Of a stretch of 64,000 nucleotides of DNA, positions 12,001 to 18,142 are shown in pieces. The DNA is from Endomicrobiales bacterium (GTDB taxonomy: Bacteria > Elusimicrobiota > Endomicrobiia > Endomicrobiales > JAFGGC01): positions 31,224 through 95,223 of the forward strand of contig JAFGGC010000003.1 of the NCBI GenBank assembly GCA_016930715.1. Direction: 5' to 3'. The first letter of the stretch is position 1. Each line of letters opens with the position of its first letter. The notes beneath the pieces were generated by a model that was given only the letters and a program-made list of their open reading frames with translations, did no database searches and was not told the DNA's origin. A program made the translations under genes and the position numbers.

Positions 12001-12335
12001 TGGTCGGGCGTCCAGAGACCGCCGAAAGCAAGGAGATAATTTGCCTGGTATTTCAATGTGTTATTGAACACGTTCAGGTTGGGTATACCCACGAGAAGCC
12101 CTTCCTGGCTTCTCGCGTCGTTCTTTTGCTTTATGAAGGGTGAAAGCGGTATGTGCTCCTTGACGGTGCCGGCGAGGGCCCCGAAAGGGGAGAGGACCGA
12201 TGCAACAACACCCGCCAAACCGGCGTTGACGCGCGGACGCTGTTTTCCGTCGCAAACCGTTTCTGAAAACCGTGCGAAATTCACGCTGTTCGCGCACAAA
12301 ACCAGTAAAAAGGATAGAAGTAAAAGCTTCCTCAT
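1..12335 (-). CDS. Giant multidomain, multi-TM protein. The 3' end lies beyond position 1, with at least 4,111 codons visible. Alternative start at 11759.
   Basis: In this minus-strand frame (forward triplets starting at multiples of 3), I found no TTA/CTA/TCA wherever I checked codon by codon: 3-41, 4251-4271, 4440-4499, 5670-5699, 6357-6377, 6693-6719, 7440-7502, 8670-8696 and 11760-11972. The rest was read by continuous hand translation. The track lists no competing ORF because the stop is off-window. ATG 12335 is preceded by AAAGGAAAT and gives MRKLLLLSFLLVLCANS. ATG 11759 is preceded by AAGGGAGAT and gives MTSILEKFIGQVFNFKKLVAVLTVSCFIYTSVFAQ. Motifs read: ICLFHDIGK (HD), TPVAVKSVF...VLDFGGG and TPVAVKVYMF...FIDFGEG (kinase-like), VILVGDLHAR...LGDAVHRE...LLGNHD (metallophosphatase). 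Confidence 0.8.
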   Translation of the reverse strand, partial: MRKLLLLSFLLVLCANSVNFARFSETVCDGKQRPRVNAGLAGVVASVLSPFGALAGTVKEHIPLSPFIKQKNDARSQEGLLVGIPNLNVFNNTLKYQANYLLAFGGLWTPDQYTHQSNAPPGRGFFLIIVFMIIYVVLLSKSNLPWEISCLKRASLYPTRKYLGWVFYLLKGPLDFFLPFGKRICEGVKKGDMTSILEKFIGQVFNFKKLVAVLTVSCFIYTSVFAQVLQGAVENRRDDKRVEKMIGDYVVPAASGRITDSFVFPDAGSPVVLNIQDLHCHAEVQKNIAKILESLDEKYKLKKVYVEGASGRVDTSWLASISDEKTKKEVLDVLVRQGRLTGAEHYSVTSGKTGLLAGIEDERVYGENFRRLSRLTARSGDYAAALASMRDSLGAARKKYFNSKNIRFENLLSRNRENGIQARKYYAMLLKYPKKLKADRYGFGNLCPIDENDFVNIRLYVELAEDSEKLNYKRIGLEIQGLLALLKEKIPFKTFNRIIERTDGFKKLDELYACLMGMAREYRIDLSSNYPNLSKFFAYLEKSRKLDTAVLLAEEKKLISAVHAGLSETRPEFEVSFLSDFLAYLGDFLGNKLTAEDYRYFSGNYATFRSLWPKYADGAVLDGLAGDIKLADDFYKANIRRNACFLKNMDVPARGAAAGKGAVAVPESELSSLIKASGLIVVVTGGFHSDGLMKLLKARRISCVVVTPNITEDTKVSDALYAETAKLQAALAKASFALKLLSEYGPEARVRSLVSAEVRVEIGIAAEEEGLSVKEYAQKKLKDAAGGNADVETLSKNLEEFARKWNASVEGSKNPSIELLTITAGAGQEQLFTFRIKHPQGRSAVAVFAYDTRTAEFSLRDVTRKGSEAAGAQSGQALTTIDTQNKAAARWRNLSREQQEKIKQKLVELERSKGRELDVSDETKVIERYAELFVAPRAEAVELMWIAAASVFSKKRAEEMSKRFMARHRGGETLWRRAGLGVIVSETKLGAMAGAIAGAFVTLSMFPLIGGLAVVLAAVAAPAGALAGAYMLNVSKHYDVNLESEPGEALTKERQTGPEEPGPELRAKESVVPLDALMEYTDAENVARLFEVKSLNELPSDVTEIEAVLKSRLSGTLREYYASVIKHVYPGKEFSQKDEKTLDILVNHIIAVYASFIQSHNLKYIPEPEKQLRLAGLFRGDTDGKLSGDILSGLRSTMAGAMSGEKAFSTWAFICLFHDIGKCEEYFGATSKMHDISSGQLMRELGIMEKFGSAQGLSAKETGDIYWLIKTHARVGAIMPGAASLTAFSRILDSDEEFREYYADGGYVDLERIKTLMQWNLAFWALDSAGSGEKGFCSAVPYGYFDSLVSEFGKAAGSGKVSVARFRAMLEKNAKENFERRLGRYLGAWVQGSNDEEQRVKCASALKGLVASGEISKVDGELFREYFGSEDLLGHLDKITAKLVVNYKDYKTFMRALVLFIKAARSTALGGSVNQINSMGEDNVAPNHAEHDRYGGYLHKAMLNAKGIAQEGKRIYFVEGNGRMIKGLEVSKDFSGEPTMVIKISNPDAGFSALSVGFEEFLVAARIVDDVTGWQQVVKLSGISAAIVRKFTGAEKQFIVRGSEFVVERQKLQEAFSHQPSVISKDVEIRVSKSNEVFAKTPQGQVCGIPAFLTTESGKTVLYIHQGFLEALIAESDRQGAIFDSIHGPGGAKVTLLERFAEEELAELTALGPRLPGGQASATVEDYKAYHENPETRHLPELTGLALKTARETTVTVPAPKILSKAKKTPPSDDIYITNLLKLRVVNRQYRERLGLPDMEPMFIATADLDDSDLDADTGALGPEKEMGRLPVSPEERDWDVHVNFPGNTVYLMSKVSNGSYGVTRLGWLDDGTPVAVKSVFLGSRSDADKMILEDARSAAVAEALGIGQKFHGICRDGYFGVSVVMGIIPGDFAAQFSEGPVNRVNPHIGLNTVKDLLETFSRIERSGRSVGGDFQYYVTLRGSIRVLDFGGGILEKRMDSTSLKGRELAKLLLYASDEVKDAALRHVRKEHPELFNAIIPIKDTSYLGPVKKLAARLNASGGSLVLPVNRPLVEQWKSEGKSDWWIAKEVAKLEFVDSLSPVRFYRRHYEGPGAYTGGKWRRRIGVAAITAFMWAAYAIIFVPTFGFAQGLAVNAARSANIYTHAIYNVIAKDHQLILRRASEKFISRIIKVTEHTAHSTFDETEVLTAGLSTCVAVAAKNIKTGERKMVHFLIQSQEKVREKWGEKNEDLKRKLFAEFFRDVRGSDWRAVIATSYPEGAEKSEGSIRASDIRDFLVNENNLDSLSVISDDEGKEKPFLKWLEFYRGEVKVIENRIGQASETRTYEILDNGRFALRHSKGGLSISTQRPDLETFKTSGNGGLPEPVRPSGALVMDKNLKYFRAAFEMIKEREMGWARIRGEEDEARIERQATKKAAREVARYIAEEELWSALTPVSFYLSHSNPKGKIIRAAGIAVMSTLMWGPILIGFVIGCLLFNGWNGVAAGIFQASVLLIAGIAFSRDFHEWWNTIFWGTSAQLTMDETAAPQTRGAGDIDESEKGLLRRDQAIGQLKRVVEALERRRAEGAGKVNGASGIYQRGAVLYLRGIPKDREVILVGDLHARLDNLEAILGHNGNLGKIKTGKAVLVILGDAVHREEHGYLADMNSSLRMMQYIYELILQAPENVYYLLGNHDTIEDVIDKSGIHQCRLWKERLVFYGGEDYLKLYAEFLVLSPVLAVGHAMAGAETDVPRQGLIANHAGPAASAPNLARIENTIFAGSSRDKLSFDIKKQMLWTRADRPGDKKAGHTYYGAMDVAKFRATVKEPSAHYVVSHSPQVWEDPQNPPSWHFEPLPGVFDHHVIFAGFPNDRENALGYASYLNGKLTMVDVPPSEVFEAEPEYIVLDEIKHAVPAVTQVSDERLIEDQKRNVKEAFSKLFSNLSEIFRDEAEPERWVAMINNLRENGGDLVTVRGLLAPLDENLPGFSESVAELVEMERALNGKNDYGLVLPVNRPLVEQWKADGKSDWWIARMVAEIEFKAALNPVKFFRDHYRGPGAYEGGRKRRIFGVLGITFFNYIFPVALTAAASMVSFGFFAFPVSMVLVLSVMSASVTVGAFAGMYFHAVYNIISGAPLTLPDPRMEMEQKIGYINGMLRKYPYGAITDAKERASDDALIARNVDIGFLWFMVFLSGETGKADIRGHFWRFEQRNGNIYKPEQMALAREYNGDLRVVRPKGAEQVFLVSTKLGVVLTVSEKPVFELLTPETAFGLKIPLSQMTFPVTKNAPVLFDSHRTHDGFYHFTKRLVEEGKIKKGMPLVVFDYHNDNPHKPEDIPPQRGIREGNWVSFLIKEGLVGPVYWVRPKHAPEVLTRYLGGYAKIVDDPADLPWADLSEGCLLSFDADYFNTRSTLNAAVRRPNEKELREEIGGIRELFESRGVNIPAIGLAVSPLYSHEYDFPIINAVIKDVFLGPVIGRAAQAVARAAGAAEQTTKETKIFERLSLLGSGEIAEAVKKDPEKFGFILDDPFLNDEEFWNDEAKVDEMLASKKAFNRYCGVEYLSTDSYNYFPGLRSTFKEVEKISKSIRDSYPGADTQFVFLGRGADMLYCGLKHELGLGGAGRCYLVDFSRRGPDCVELARKNPQAFARYIESLGIRKDGKLVIIDEYSTNREYFLYGIRDMLKSCGFRDVDAIDAGHDLARKETDLKARQSVQEAMLWYGTEYAAGRTFEIDPTGEKWSYVYHDYIRESNININKNGKYWGWLNRKAFYDYILGLKTKPTPEVGLVAGRIVPDSAAKLIAKAKAVPELGFSKNLYPIGIYVDKLKGKAHRFLHSGDISIKDLPEGYSTTSGFREQRPVGRLPNRIDQCPSVRVNFPDEDVFIVSKAGHGTTAFAKLGWFDDGTPVAVKVYMFDADKYRVLDARGAMTADALGIGPKFYGTESSASGEPSLVSDIVPGDFPVVAKERINTGTIDDLMEAVSRIESQGLRVRRTIQYLVTPSGRVQFIDFGEGVDRKDADGDWMTKAELLSELVIYAKDVEGLVRHIAKKYPELAAEMLQANRYAEITDALKKIKDEAAEKQARAAAFGEVALGPAVQGVAREAVRESRRIKTVL
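11834..11866 (-). terminator. Intrinsic-terminator-like hairpin lying inside the open giant-ORF frame
   Basis: On the minus strand: ACCCAACC-N12-GGTTGGGT followed by TTTTTTATTT. It sits between the two candidate starts (12335 and 11759). Confidence 0.4.
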
Positions 12336-12519
12336 ATTTCCTTTAAGCTTTCAGGTATTATAAGTATTGGCAATAATACATAGTAATTCAATGGTTTTTT
12401 ATTCTTTTTACGGTCTTTATATTACCCCCCCGGAATGGAAGAAAAATGAAATACTGTTGAAAGAATTGTGAAATCCCTACAAAAGGAGCGTTCAACGCGT
12501 ATTTTTAAGGCTATTCCGG

Positions 12520-15321
12520 TTAAAAAGTCGAGCCAAGGCTGAAGTAGAACACCCAGCCCGGGGAATCCATCCGCTGGGCAAGCTGAAAATTCAGCAGGAG
12601 CGGATACATCTGCAGTATGAACGTGTGAAAGCGAAAGGACGTGCCGTAGCTTCCTCTCCAGTACTCGGGCGTCACGTGGGAAAGCTCGGTCTCGTCGCAC
12701 ACGAAACCGGCGTCGACAAAAAGTGAGCTGTAAAAGGACTTAAAGAAAAAATCCGGGAACATGTACCACATGTGGTAGTTGATGTTGTAAACTATGGGAA
12801 ACCTCAGTTCAAGGTTAGCCACGAATATCCTGTTGCCTATGAAACGCGTGTCGGAAGGCACCCCCCTGACCCTGTCGACGCCTCCGAGGCGGAACGCCCC
12901 CGAATCCTCCCCCTTGCTCGCCCCGCCGAACATTCTAAAACCCACCGCGCTCGCGCCGGAAACCGGGAAATATCTCGCGGCGTCAAGAAAGTAGTTCTGG
13001 TAGTTATAGTCCCCGTAGAGCACCTTTTCCGAAAACTCCGTCGCCGCCGCCAAGCGCGTTCCCTCGAGCGGCTCAAGGTACGGCCCCCTCACCGTGTCGT
13101 GGCGGAATTGCACGCCGGCGATGTTCTCTCGCCTCCTGTAACGGGCGGTTTCCTCAAGGATTATCTCCTCCCTCCTGTCTATCGTGGCAAGCGAAAGGCC
13201 GACGCTCTGGAACCTGTTCAGGGGGTAAAGTACCGCCACGGCCTGCTGGTGGTCCTTCCTTATCCTCGAAAAATCCGGGTCCTCGAAGTCCTCCCTGTAT
13301 TCCTCCCCGGAAAAACCGAAATACACCTGCGTCCTGTAGCGCACGAACCCGTAAACCAAGTCGTAGTCCACGTAGTCAAACTCGCTGGCGTAGCTGACCA
13401 CGGACTGCATTCGGTGGTTGCCGAGCATGTCCGAAACCTGCCAGTACGTGGCAAGAAAAAGCCCGTCCAGGGACGAATAGAAGACCGCCGGAAAGAAAAG
13501 GTCGGTGGACGCCCTGAACCTGTAAGGCGCGTACTCGTCGTCCCTGTCATCCTTTTCCTCCGGTTCCTCCTTCGCGGCAGTCCCGCCTCCGCCTCCCGCC
13601 GGCGCTCCGGCGACGGGCTGAAGATCCTTGACCTCTGCAATATAAAGGTGCCTTTCCCCGTTCCTGAACGAAGAAAACAGAATGTAGCGCCCGTCCGGCG
13701 AGACCACCGGCTGAAAATTGCCTCCGATGACGGAAGTAAGTTTGTCCACCCTGGAACCACCCGCGTCCGTCCTGTAAACGTCGAAAATGCCGTCGGTGTC
13801 CGATATAAAATATACGGTCCCGCCGTCAGGGGCGAAACACGGGTTCCTCTCGTCGCCTTTGAGCGCGGTCAGGAACTTCTTTTCTTTTGTTTCCAGGTCC
13901 AGGAGGCACAGGTCGTACTCCATCCTCCCATCCGGGTTTTCCCGTTCGGCGGCAAACACCAGCGTCTTGCCGTCGGGCGAAACCTCGGCGTCGATTTCAT
14001 CGGTGTCTGTAAACGTCAGCCGCTCGGTCTTCCCGCTCGGAATGTCGTAGTAAAACAAGTCCCTGAAACCGCCCTTGATGCCGGAAAAAAATATCTTGCC
14101 GCCGTCCTTTGAGAAAACCGGCGAGGAGCACGTCTCCGTTTCCTGCCCGTATTTTTCTATTCTGTTTTTTTTGATGTCATAGGCGAAAATACGGTCCTTC
14201 TGCAGTTTCTCCCCGCAGAAGGCGAGATACCTGCCGTCCGGAGAGAACGAAAGACCCCTGCCTTCGGTGTTGACGTTTTCGACCTTCATCGTATCGTCAA
14301 TATCCCACAGGTTTTTCCTTTTTCCGGTTTTAACGTCCTGGACGTATATCTCGTTCATGCCCGTTTCATCGGAAATGTACGCTACGCTCCGGCCGTCTGG
14401 GCTAAAGGCCGCTCCCGTGTTGAACCTCGGCACGCGGCCTTTCCTGGTTATTTTCCTTCCGTACGCGGAAGGCTCCGAAAGCCCCCGGCTCGCGCGTTCG
14501 TATTTTTCTTCCAGGTATTCCCTGAAACGCCTGTCTATGCTGTTGACATCAGCGCCGAGCACGTCCGTCAGGACGGAATTGGCGTCATAGCGCTCCCTGT
14601 AGCTGACAAACAGCATCGGAAGCTTGTCCTCGCCGTATTCCTCGACTATGTACCTGATGAATGCCTCGCTTTCCTTGTAGGCGAGAGTCACCTGGTGCGG
14701 CAGGACGTGGTTGAAGCTGTGGAGCTGCTCCAGCGGCAGCAGTTTTTTCGAAGTCGCGGCGTCCCTGACGTACATCTCGCGCGTCGTCGCGTCAAGGTCT
14801 CCGCCCGAATACTCCGCCAGCCCCTCCATAAGCCAGTTCGGATACAATATGAACTTTATGAGTCTTATCGAACGCCAGAAACCGCTGAAGAGGTACTCGA
14901 ACTGGACCTCGTGCATGTACTCGTGCGCTATTATGTACTCGAACTGCCTCTGCGAGCCGTTGAAGCTGAGCAGGAACCTGTTCTTGAACGCCTCGGTTAC
15001 GCCGCCGGTCCCCTCGCCGATGTCGGTTATGTTGGTCTGCTCGAACTCATTGTGGTTGTTGTACTGGAAGAACGGAAGGCTTTCTTTCGGGGACTCGGGC
15101 ATTACCTTCTTTGCCCTGTCAAACGCCCTTTGAAGGTACTTCTCGGTGTAGGGAAGCAGCGCCTTTCCCTGCCCGCCGTAGTAGTATATGTCGAAATGCC
15201 GGACCGGCCTTATCTTCCACTTGTAATTTTTCGTGATTACTTTATTCTGGGAGAGCGCGTGCGCGGACTGCGGAAGGATTAATATGAAGAATACTGATAA
15301 TAAGCATGCCTTTTTAAACAT
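12520..15321 (-). CDS. Outer-membrane protein: signal peptide + gluzincin-like HExxH peptidase + TolB-like PD40 beta-propeller repeats + C-terminal Omp85/surface-antigen beta-barrel
   Basis: MFKKACLLSVFFILILPQSAHA signal. IAHEYMHEV then NWLMEGLAEY (HExxH...E). Repeated SPDGR/APDG...Y/FxS segments (PDGRSVAYISDETGMNEIYV, SPDGRYLAF, SPDGKTLVF, APDGGTVYFISD, SPDGRYILFSS). C-terminus FRLGGVDRVRGV...NLELRFPI...FYFSLGSTF ends in an aromatic residue, as Omp85-type barrels typically do. Confidence 0.75.
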   Translation of the reverse strand: MFKKACLLSVFFILILPQSAHALSQNKVITKNYKWKIRPVRHFDIYYYGGQGKALLPYTEKYLQRAFDRAKKVMPESPKESLPFFQYNNHNEFEQTNITDIGEGTGGVTEAFKNRFLLSFNGSQRQFEYIIAHEYMHEVQFEYLFSGFWRSIRLIKFILYPNWLMEGLAEYSGGDLDATTREMYVRDAATSKKLLPLEQLHSFNHVLPHQVTLAYKESEAFIRYIVEEYGEDKLPMLFVSYRERYDANSVLTDVLGADVNSIDRRFREYLEEKYERASRGLSEPSAYGRKITRKGRVPRFNTGAAFSPDGRSVAYISDETGMNEIYVQDVKTGKRKNLWDIDDTMKVENVNTEGRGLSFSPDGRYLAFCGEKLQKDRIFAYDIKKNRIEKYGQETETCSSPVFSKDGGKIFFSGIKGGFRDLFYYDIPSGKTERLTFTDTDEIDAEVSPDGKTLVFAAERENPDGRMEYDLCLLDLETKEKKFLTALKGDERNPCFAPDGGTVYFISDTDGIFDVYRTDAGGSRVDKLTSVIGGNFQPVVSPDGRYILFSSFRNGERHLYIAEVKDLQPVAGAPAGGGGGTAAKEEPEEKDDRDDEYAPYRFRASTDLFFPAVFYSSLDGLFLATYWQVSDMLGNHRMQSVVSYASEFDYVDYDLVYGFVRYRTQVYFGFSGEEYREDFEDPDFSRIRKDHQQAVAVLYPLNRFQSVGLSLATIDRREEIILEETARYRRRENIAGVQFRHDTVRGPYLEPLEGTRLAAATEFSEKVLYGDYNYQNYFLDAARYFPVSGASAVGFRMFGGASKGEDSGAFRLGGVDRVRGVPSDTRFIGNRIFVANLELRFPIVYNINYHMWYMFPDFFFKSFYSSLFVDAGFVCDETELSHVTPEYWRGSYGTSFRFHTFILQMYPLLLNFQLAQRMDSPGWVFYFSLGSTF

Positions 15322-15342
15322 AACATATCGGATTTTCCGCCT

Positions 15343-15558
15343 CTAATCCCCGCAGCTCGTGCAGCTTTTGCCCGGCGGACAGGTTGAGCACGAAGCGGAA
15401 GCCTTCGACGGCCCGTCAAGGCCGGGAGAGGCAAAGGACGAGAACAGCCGGACAAGGTCCCGGCCGCCGCAATCGGGGCACTGCGGTTTTTCGCCCGGCA
15501 TGACCAGTATCTCTATCTTTTTATCGCACTTGCTGCAGCGGAACTCGTAAATCGGCAT
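15343..15558 (-). CDS. FmdB-family zinc-ribbon protein
   Basis: MPIYEFRCSKCDKK...CPDCGG: YEFxCxxC...CPxCG signature. 71 aa. Confidence 0.8.
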   Translation of the reverse strand: MPIYEFRCSKCDKKIEILVMPGEKPQCPDCGGRDLVRLFSSFASPGLDGPSKASASCSTCPPGKSCTSCGD

Positions 15559-15567
15559 GTCTCGTTC

Positions 15568-17268
15568 CTATTCGTCATCGCTGTCGTCGATCAGTATCTC
15601 GCCCAGCGTCGGGTTGTCCTTCGCGCCGGAATATTTCTTGACGAGCTCTTTTTCGCGGTCGTGGTCCAGCTTTTTTATGGAAATGTCTATCTTCCTTTCG
15701 GAAGGGTCGCTCTTTATGACCTTCGCCTCTATCTCCTGCCCGATTTTAAGTGCGTCCTTGGGCGATTCAATCCTCTTTGGCGCGATCTCCGAGACCCTGA
15801 CCAGCGCTTCCACGCCGGGTTCCAGCTCGACGAAGGCCCCGAAGTCCGCGAGCCTCCTCACCACGCCCTTGACGACTTTCCCGCCGCGGTATTTCCTGAA
15901 AGGGTCTTCCGTCACGTGCTTGAGCGAAAGACTTATTTTTTCGTTTTCCGGGTTTATCTCTACGACCACGGCGTCCACTTCCTGGCCCGGCTGCACGACG
16001 TCCTTCGGGTGGCGTATCTTCTTGGTCCAGGACATATCCTGCACGTGTATTAGCCCCTCAACGCCCTCGCCAAGCTTGGCAAAGGCTCCGAACGGGACGA
16101 GTTTCGTTATGGTGACCTTGAGCCTCGTGCCGGCCGGATATTTCTTGTTCGCTTCTTCCCACGGATTCGGGGTAAGCCGCTTCAGGGACAGCGACAACTT
16201 TTCCTTCTCGGGGTCAAGCGCGTAAATCTTGGCTTCAACTTCCGCCCCGGGCTTGAACGACTTCATTACCGCGTCTTTATCCTCGTCCCAAGTGAGCTCC
16301 GACACGTGAAGAAGACCCTCGATGCTCGGCTCGACTTCCACGAAAACCCCGAACTTGGTCACGGAAGTCACCTTTCCCTTCACGAGGGACCCCACCGGGT
16401 ATTTGTCCACCGCCTTGTTCCACGGCCTCTCGGACATCTGCTTGATGCCGAGGGATATTTTCCCCTTTTCCTTGTCAATTTTCAGCACCTGCACCTGGAC
16501 CTTCTGGCCGGTTTTCAGCACGTCATCCACCTTCCTGACCTTGTGCCAGGCAAGGTCGCCTATGTGCAGGAGCCCGTCCATGCCGCCGATGTCGACGAAC
16601 GCCCCGAAGCCGGTTATGCTTTTCACGGTGCCCTCGATTATCTGGCCCTCGTGGATTGAAGAAAGGGTCTTTTCCCTTTTTATGCTTTTTTCGGTCTCGA
16701 GCAGTTTCCTGCGCGAAAGCACGATGTTCTTCTCCCTCCTGTTGTACTCCGTAACAAGGAACTGCAGTTTCTTGCCCAGGTACTTTTCGGTGTTTTTCGT
16801 GAAATGCAAGTCAAGCTGAGACATCGGCAGGAAGGCGTCGACGCCCGCGTCCACTATGAACCCGCCCTTTATCTGCTTTTTTATCTCGCCCTCGACGGGC
16901 GTCTTGTCGTTGAACGACAGGAGGAGCCTGTCCCACGACTCGCGCTCGGCTATCTGCCTCCACGAAACCTCCGGGTGCCCGCTTTCGGTGCGCGTGTTTA
17001 TGACGACCACCTGCACTTCCGTGCCCGGCGCCATTTCCCTGAATTTCGATTCCGAAGAAAAATCGGCCTTCGGGATCAGCCCCTCGCTTTTTATGCCGAG
17101 GTCCACCAGGACTCCGTCCGCGGTCTGGGAAATGACCCTCGCCTTCATCACGGCGCCCCTTTCGAGCTTTACCTCGGGGCCCAGGAGTTCCTCCATTGTC
17201 ATTTTTTCTTCCGAAGCGCTTTCCTCCGCCTTAATATTTTGTCCTTCACATTCCTTCATCTCGTCCAT
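15568..17268 (-). CDS. rpsA: 30S ribosomal protein S1
   Basis: 566 aa with six repeated S1 (OB-fold) units, e.g. GxVxxVxxFGAFVxL/I motifs. Sits in the conserved cmk-ispH-rpsA neighbourhood. Confidence 0.95.
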   Translation of the reverse strand: MDEMKECEGQNIKAEESASEEKMTMEELLGPEVKLERGAVMKARVISQTADGVLVDLGIKSEGLIPKADFSSESKFREMAPGTEVQVVVINTRTESGHPEVSWRQIAERESWDRLLLSFNDKTPVEGEIKKQIKGGFIVDAGVDAFLPMSQLDLHFTKNTEKYLGKKLQFLVTEYNRREKNIVLSRRKLLETEKSIKREKTLSSIHEGQIIEGTVKSITGFGAFVDIGGMDGLLHIGDLAWHKVRKVDDVLKTGQKVQVQVLKIDKEKGKISLGIKQMSERPWNKAVDKYPVGSLVKGKVTSVTKFGVFVEVEPSIEGLLHVSELTWDEDKDAVMKSFKPGAEVEAKIYALDPEKEKLSLSLKRLTPNPWEEANKKYPAGTRLKVTITKLVPFGAFAKLGEGVEGLIHVQDMSWTKKIRHPKDVVQPGQEVDAVVVEINPENEKISLSLKHVTEDPFRKYRGGKVVKGVVRRLADFGAFVELEPGVEALVRVSEIAPKRIESPKDALKIGQEIEAKVIKSDPSERKIDISIKKLDHDREKELVKKYSGAKDNPTLGEILIDDSDDE

Positions 17269-17287
17269 AACACGTCTCCTTTGCCTT

Positions 17288-18142
17288 TTATATGTTTAAA
17301 ATATTTTCAACTTTCGCTTTCACTTCCCCTATGACCCAGTCCGGCGTCGATGCACCGGCGGTTATGCCGACTTTCTTGGATTTCCTGAACCACGAAGGCC
17401 TCACTTCTTTTTCCGTTTCTATGTGGTGCGTCCGCGTTTTTCTCGAACATATCTGCGCGAGCCTCCTGGTATTGCCCGAATTCTTACCCCCTACCACCAA
17501 CATTATGTCGACGCACCCTGAAAGGCGCTCGGCCGCGTTCTGCCTGTCCAGAGTCGCGCGGCATATCGTATTGAAAGAGGTCACGTCCTTGCCCGATTTT
17601 TTTAGTTCGCTTATTATCCGGTTGAATTTTTCCGGCGTCTGCGTGGTCTGGCTGACCACGAATATCTTTTTCGGAAGCTTCAGTTTTTTCAGGTCCGCGG
17701 CGCTCTCGACGACCTCTCTCCTGCCCCTGCAATACGAAACAAGACCGATTACCTCCGGATGCGTCTTTTCGCCCACTATGACGATGGCCGAATTTTTTTT
17801 GCCGAGCTCCCTTATGATGTCGTGAGCGCGTTTCACGAACGGGCACGTCGCGTCCACGATCTCAAGGCCGCGGCCCTTGAGTTTTTCCTTTAAATTCTTG
17901 GGCATCCCGTGCGTCCTGATCAAAAGAGTCGATCTTTTGAGCCTTTCGGGGTGCGAGCTTACCTTGATGCCTTTTCTTTCAAGCCTTTCAACTTCCTGCG
18001 GATTGTGTATGATGGGGCCGTACGAAAATATCGTCCCATTTTTTTTAACCGTTTCCTCGGCAAGGCCTATCGCGCGCCTCACTCCGAAACAGAAGCCCGC
18101 GCTTTTGGCTATGTTTATGCCGCTCCGCGCATTCTTAACCAA
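17288..18142 (-). CDS. ispH: 4-hydroxy-3-methylbut-2-enyl diphosphate reductase
   Basis: N-terminal AKSAGFCFGVRRAI, later ATCPFV and STPDW motifs. The start codon is TTG and the gene overlaps the upstream gene by 8 nt. Confidence 0.9.
   Translation of the reverse strand: MVKNARSGINIAKSAGFCFGVRRAIGLAEETVKKNGTIFSYGPIIHNPQEVERLERKGIKVSSHPERLKRSTLLIRTHGMPKNLKEKLKGRGLEIVDATCPFVKRAHDIIRELGKKNSAIVIVGEKTHPEVIGLVSYCRGRREVVESAADLKKLKLPKKIFVVSQTTQTPEKFNRIISELKKSGKDVTSFNTICRATLDRQNAAERLSGCVDIMLVVGGKNSGNTRRLAQICSRKTRTHHIETEKEVRPSWFRKSKKVGITAGASTPDWVIGEVKAKVENILNI

Noticed and set aside
1-12400. Idea that the first 12 kb is non-coding, or uses an alternative genetic code or stop-codon reassignment, because the track shows only short ORFs
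   Set aside because: Under the standard code one minus-strand frame is fully open and encodes recognisable motifs (HD, VAVK/DFG, GDxH/GNHD). The ORF is simply truncated by the window edge and is therefore absent from a track of complete ORFs.
12772-14112. 446-aa plus-strand ORF, along with similar long ORFs at 10272-11099, 17877-18788, 25855-26952, 38547-39368, 40045-41025, 41868-42824, 45740-46615, 48593-49519, 52091-53035(-), 50926-51597(-), 60108-60683 and 63128-63976(-)
   Set aside because: All lie exactly antisense to genes with clear conserved motifs. Their products are Arg/Pro/His/Val-rich and low in complexity. These are shadow ORFs created by the codon bias of the real genes.
12520-15321. 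Calling this protein BamA
   Set aside because: No POTRA repeats are recognisable. The N-terminal two thirds are a peptidase-like domain and PD40 repeats, so it is an Omp85-superfamily barrel of a different architecture, not the essential BamA.
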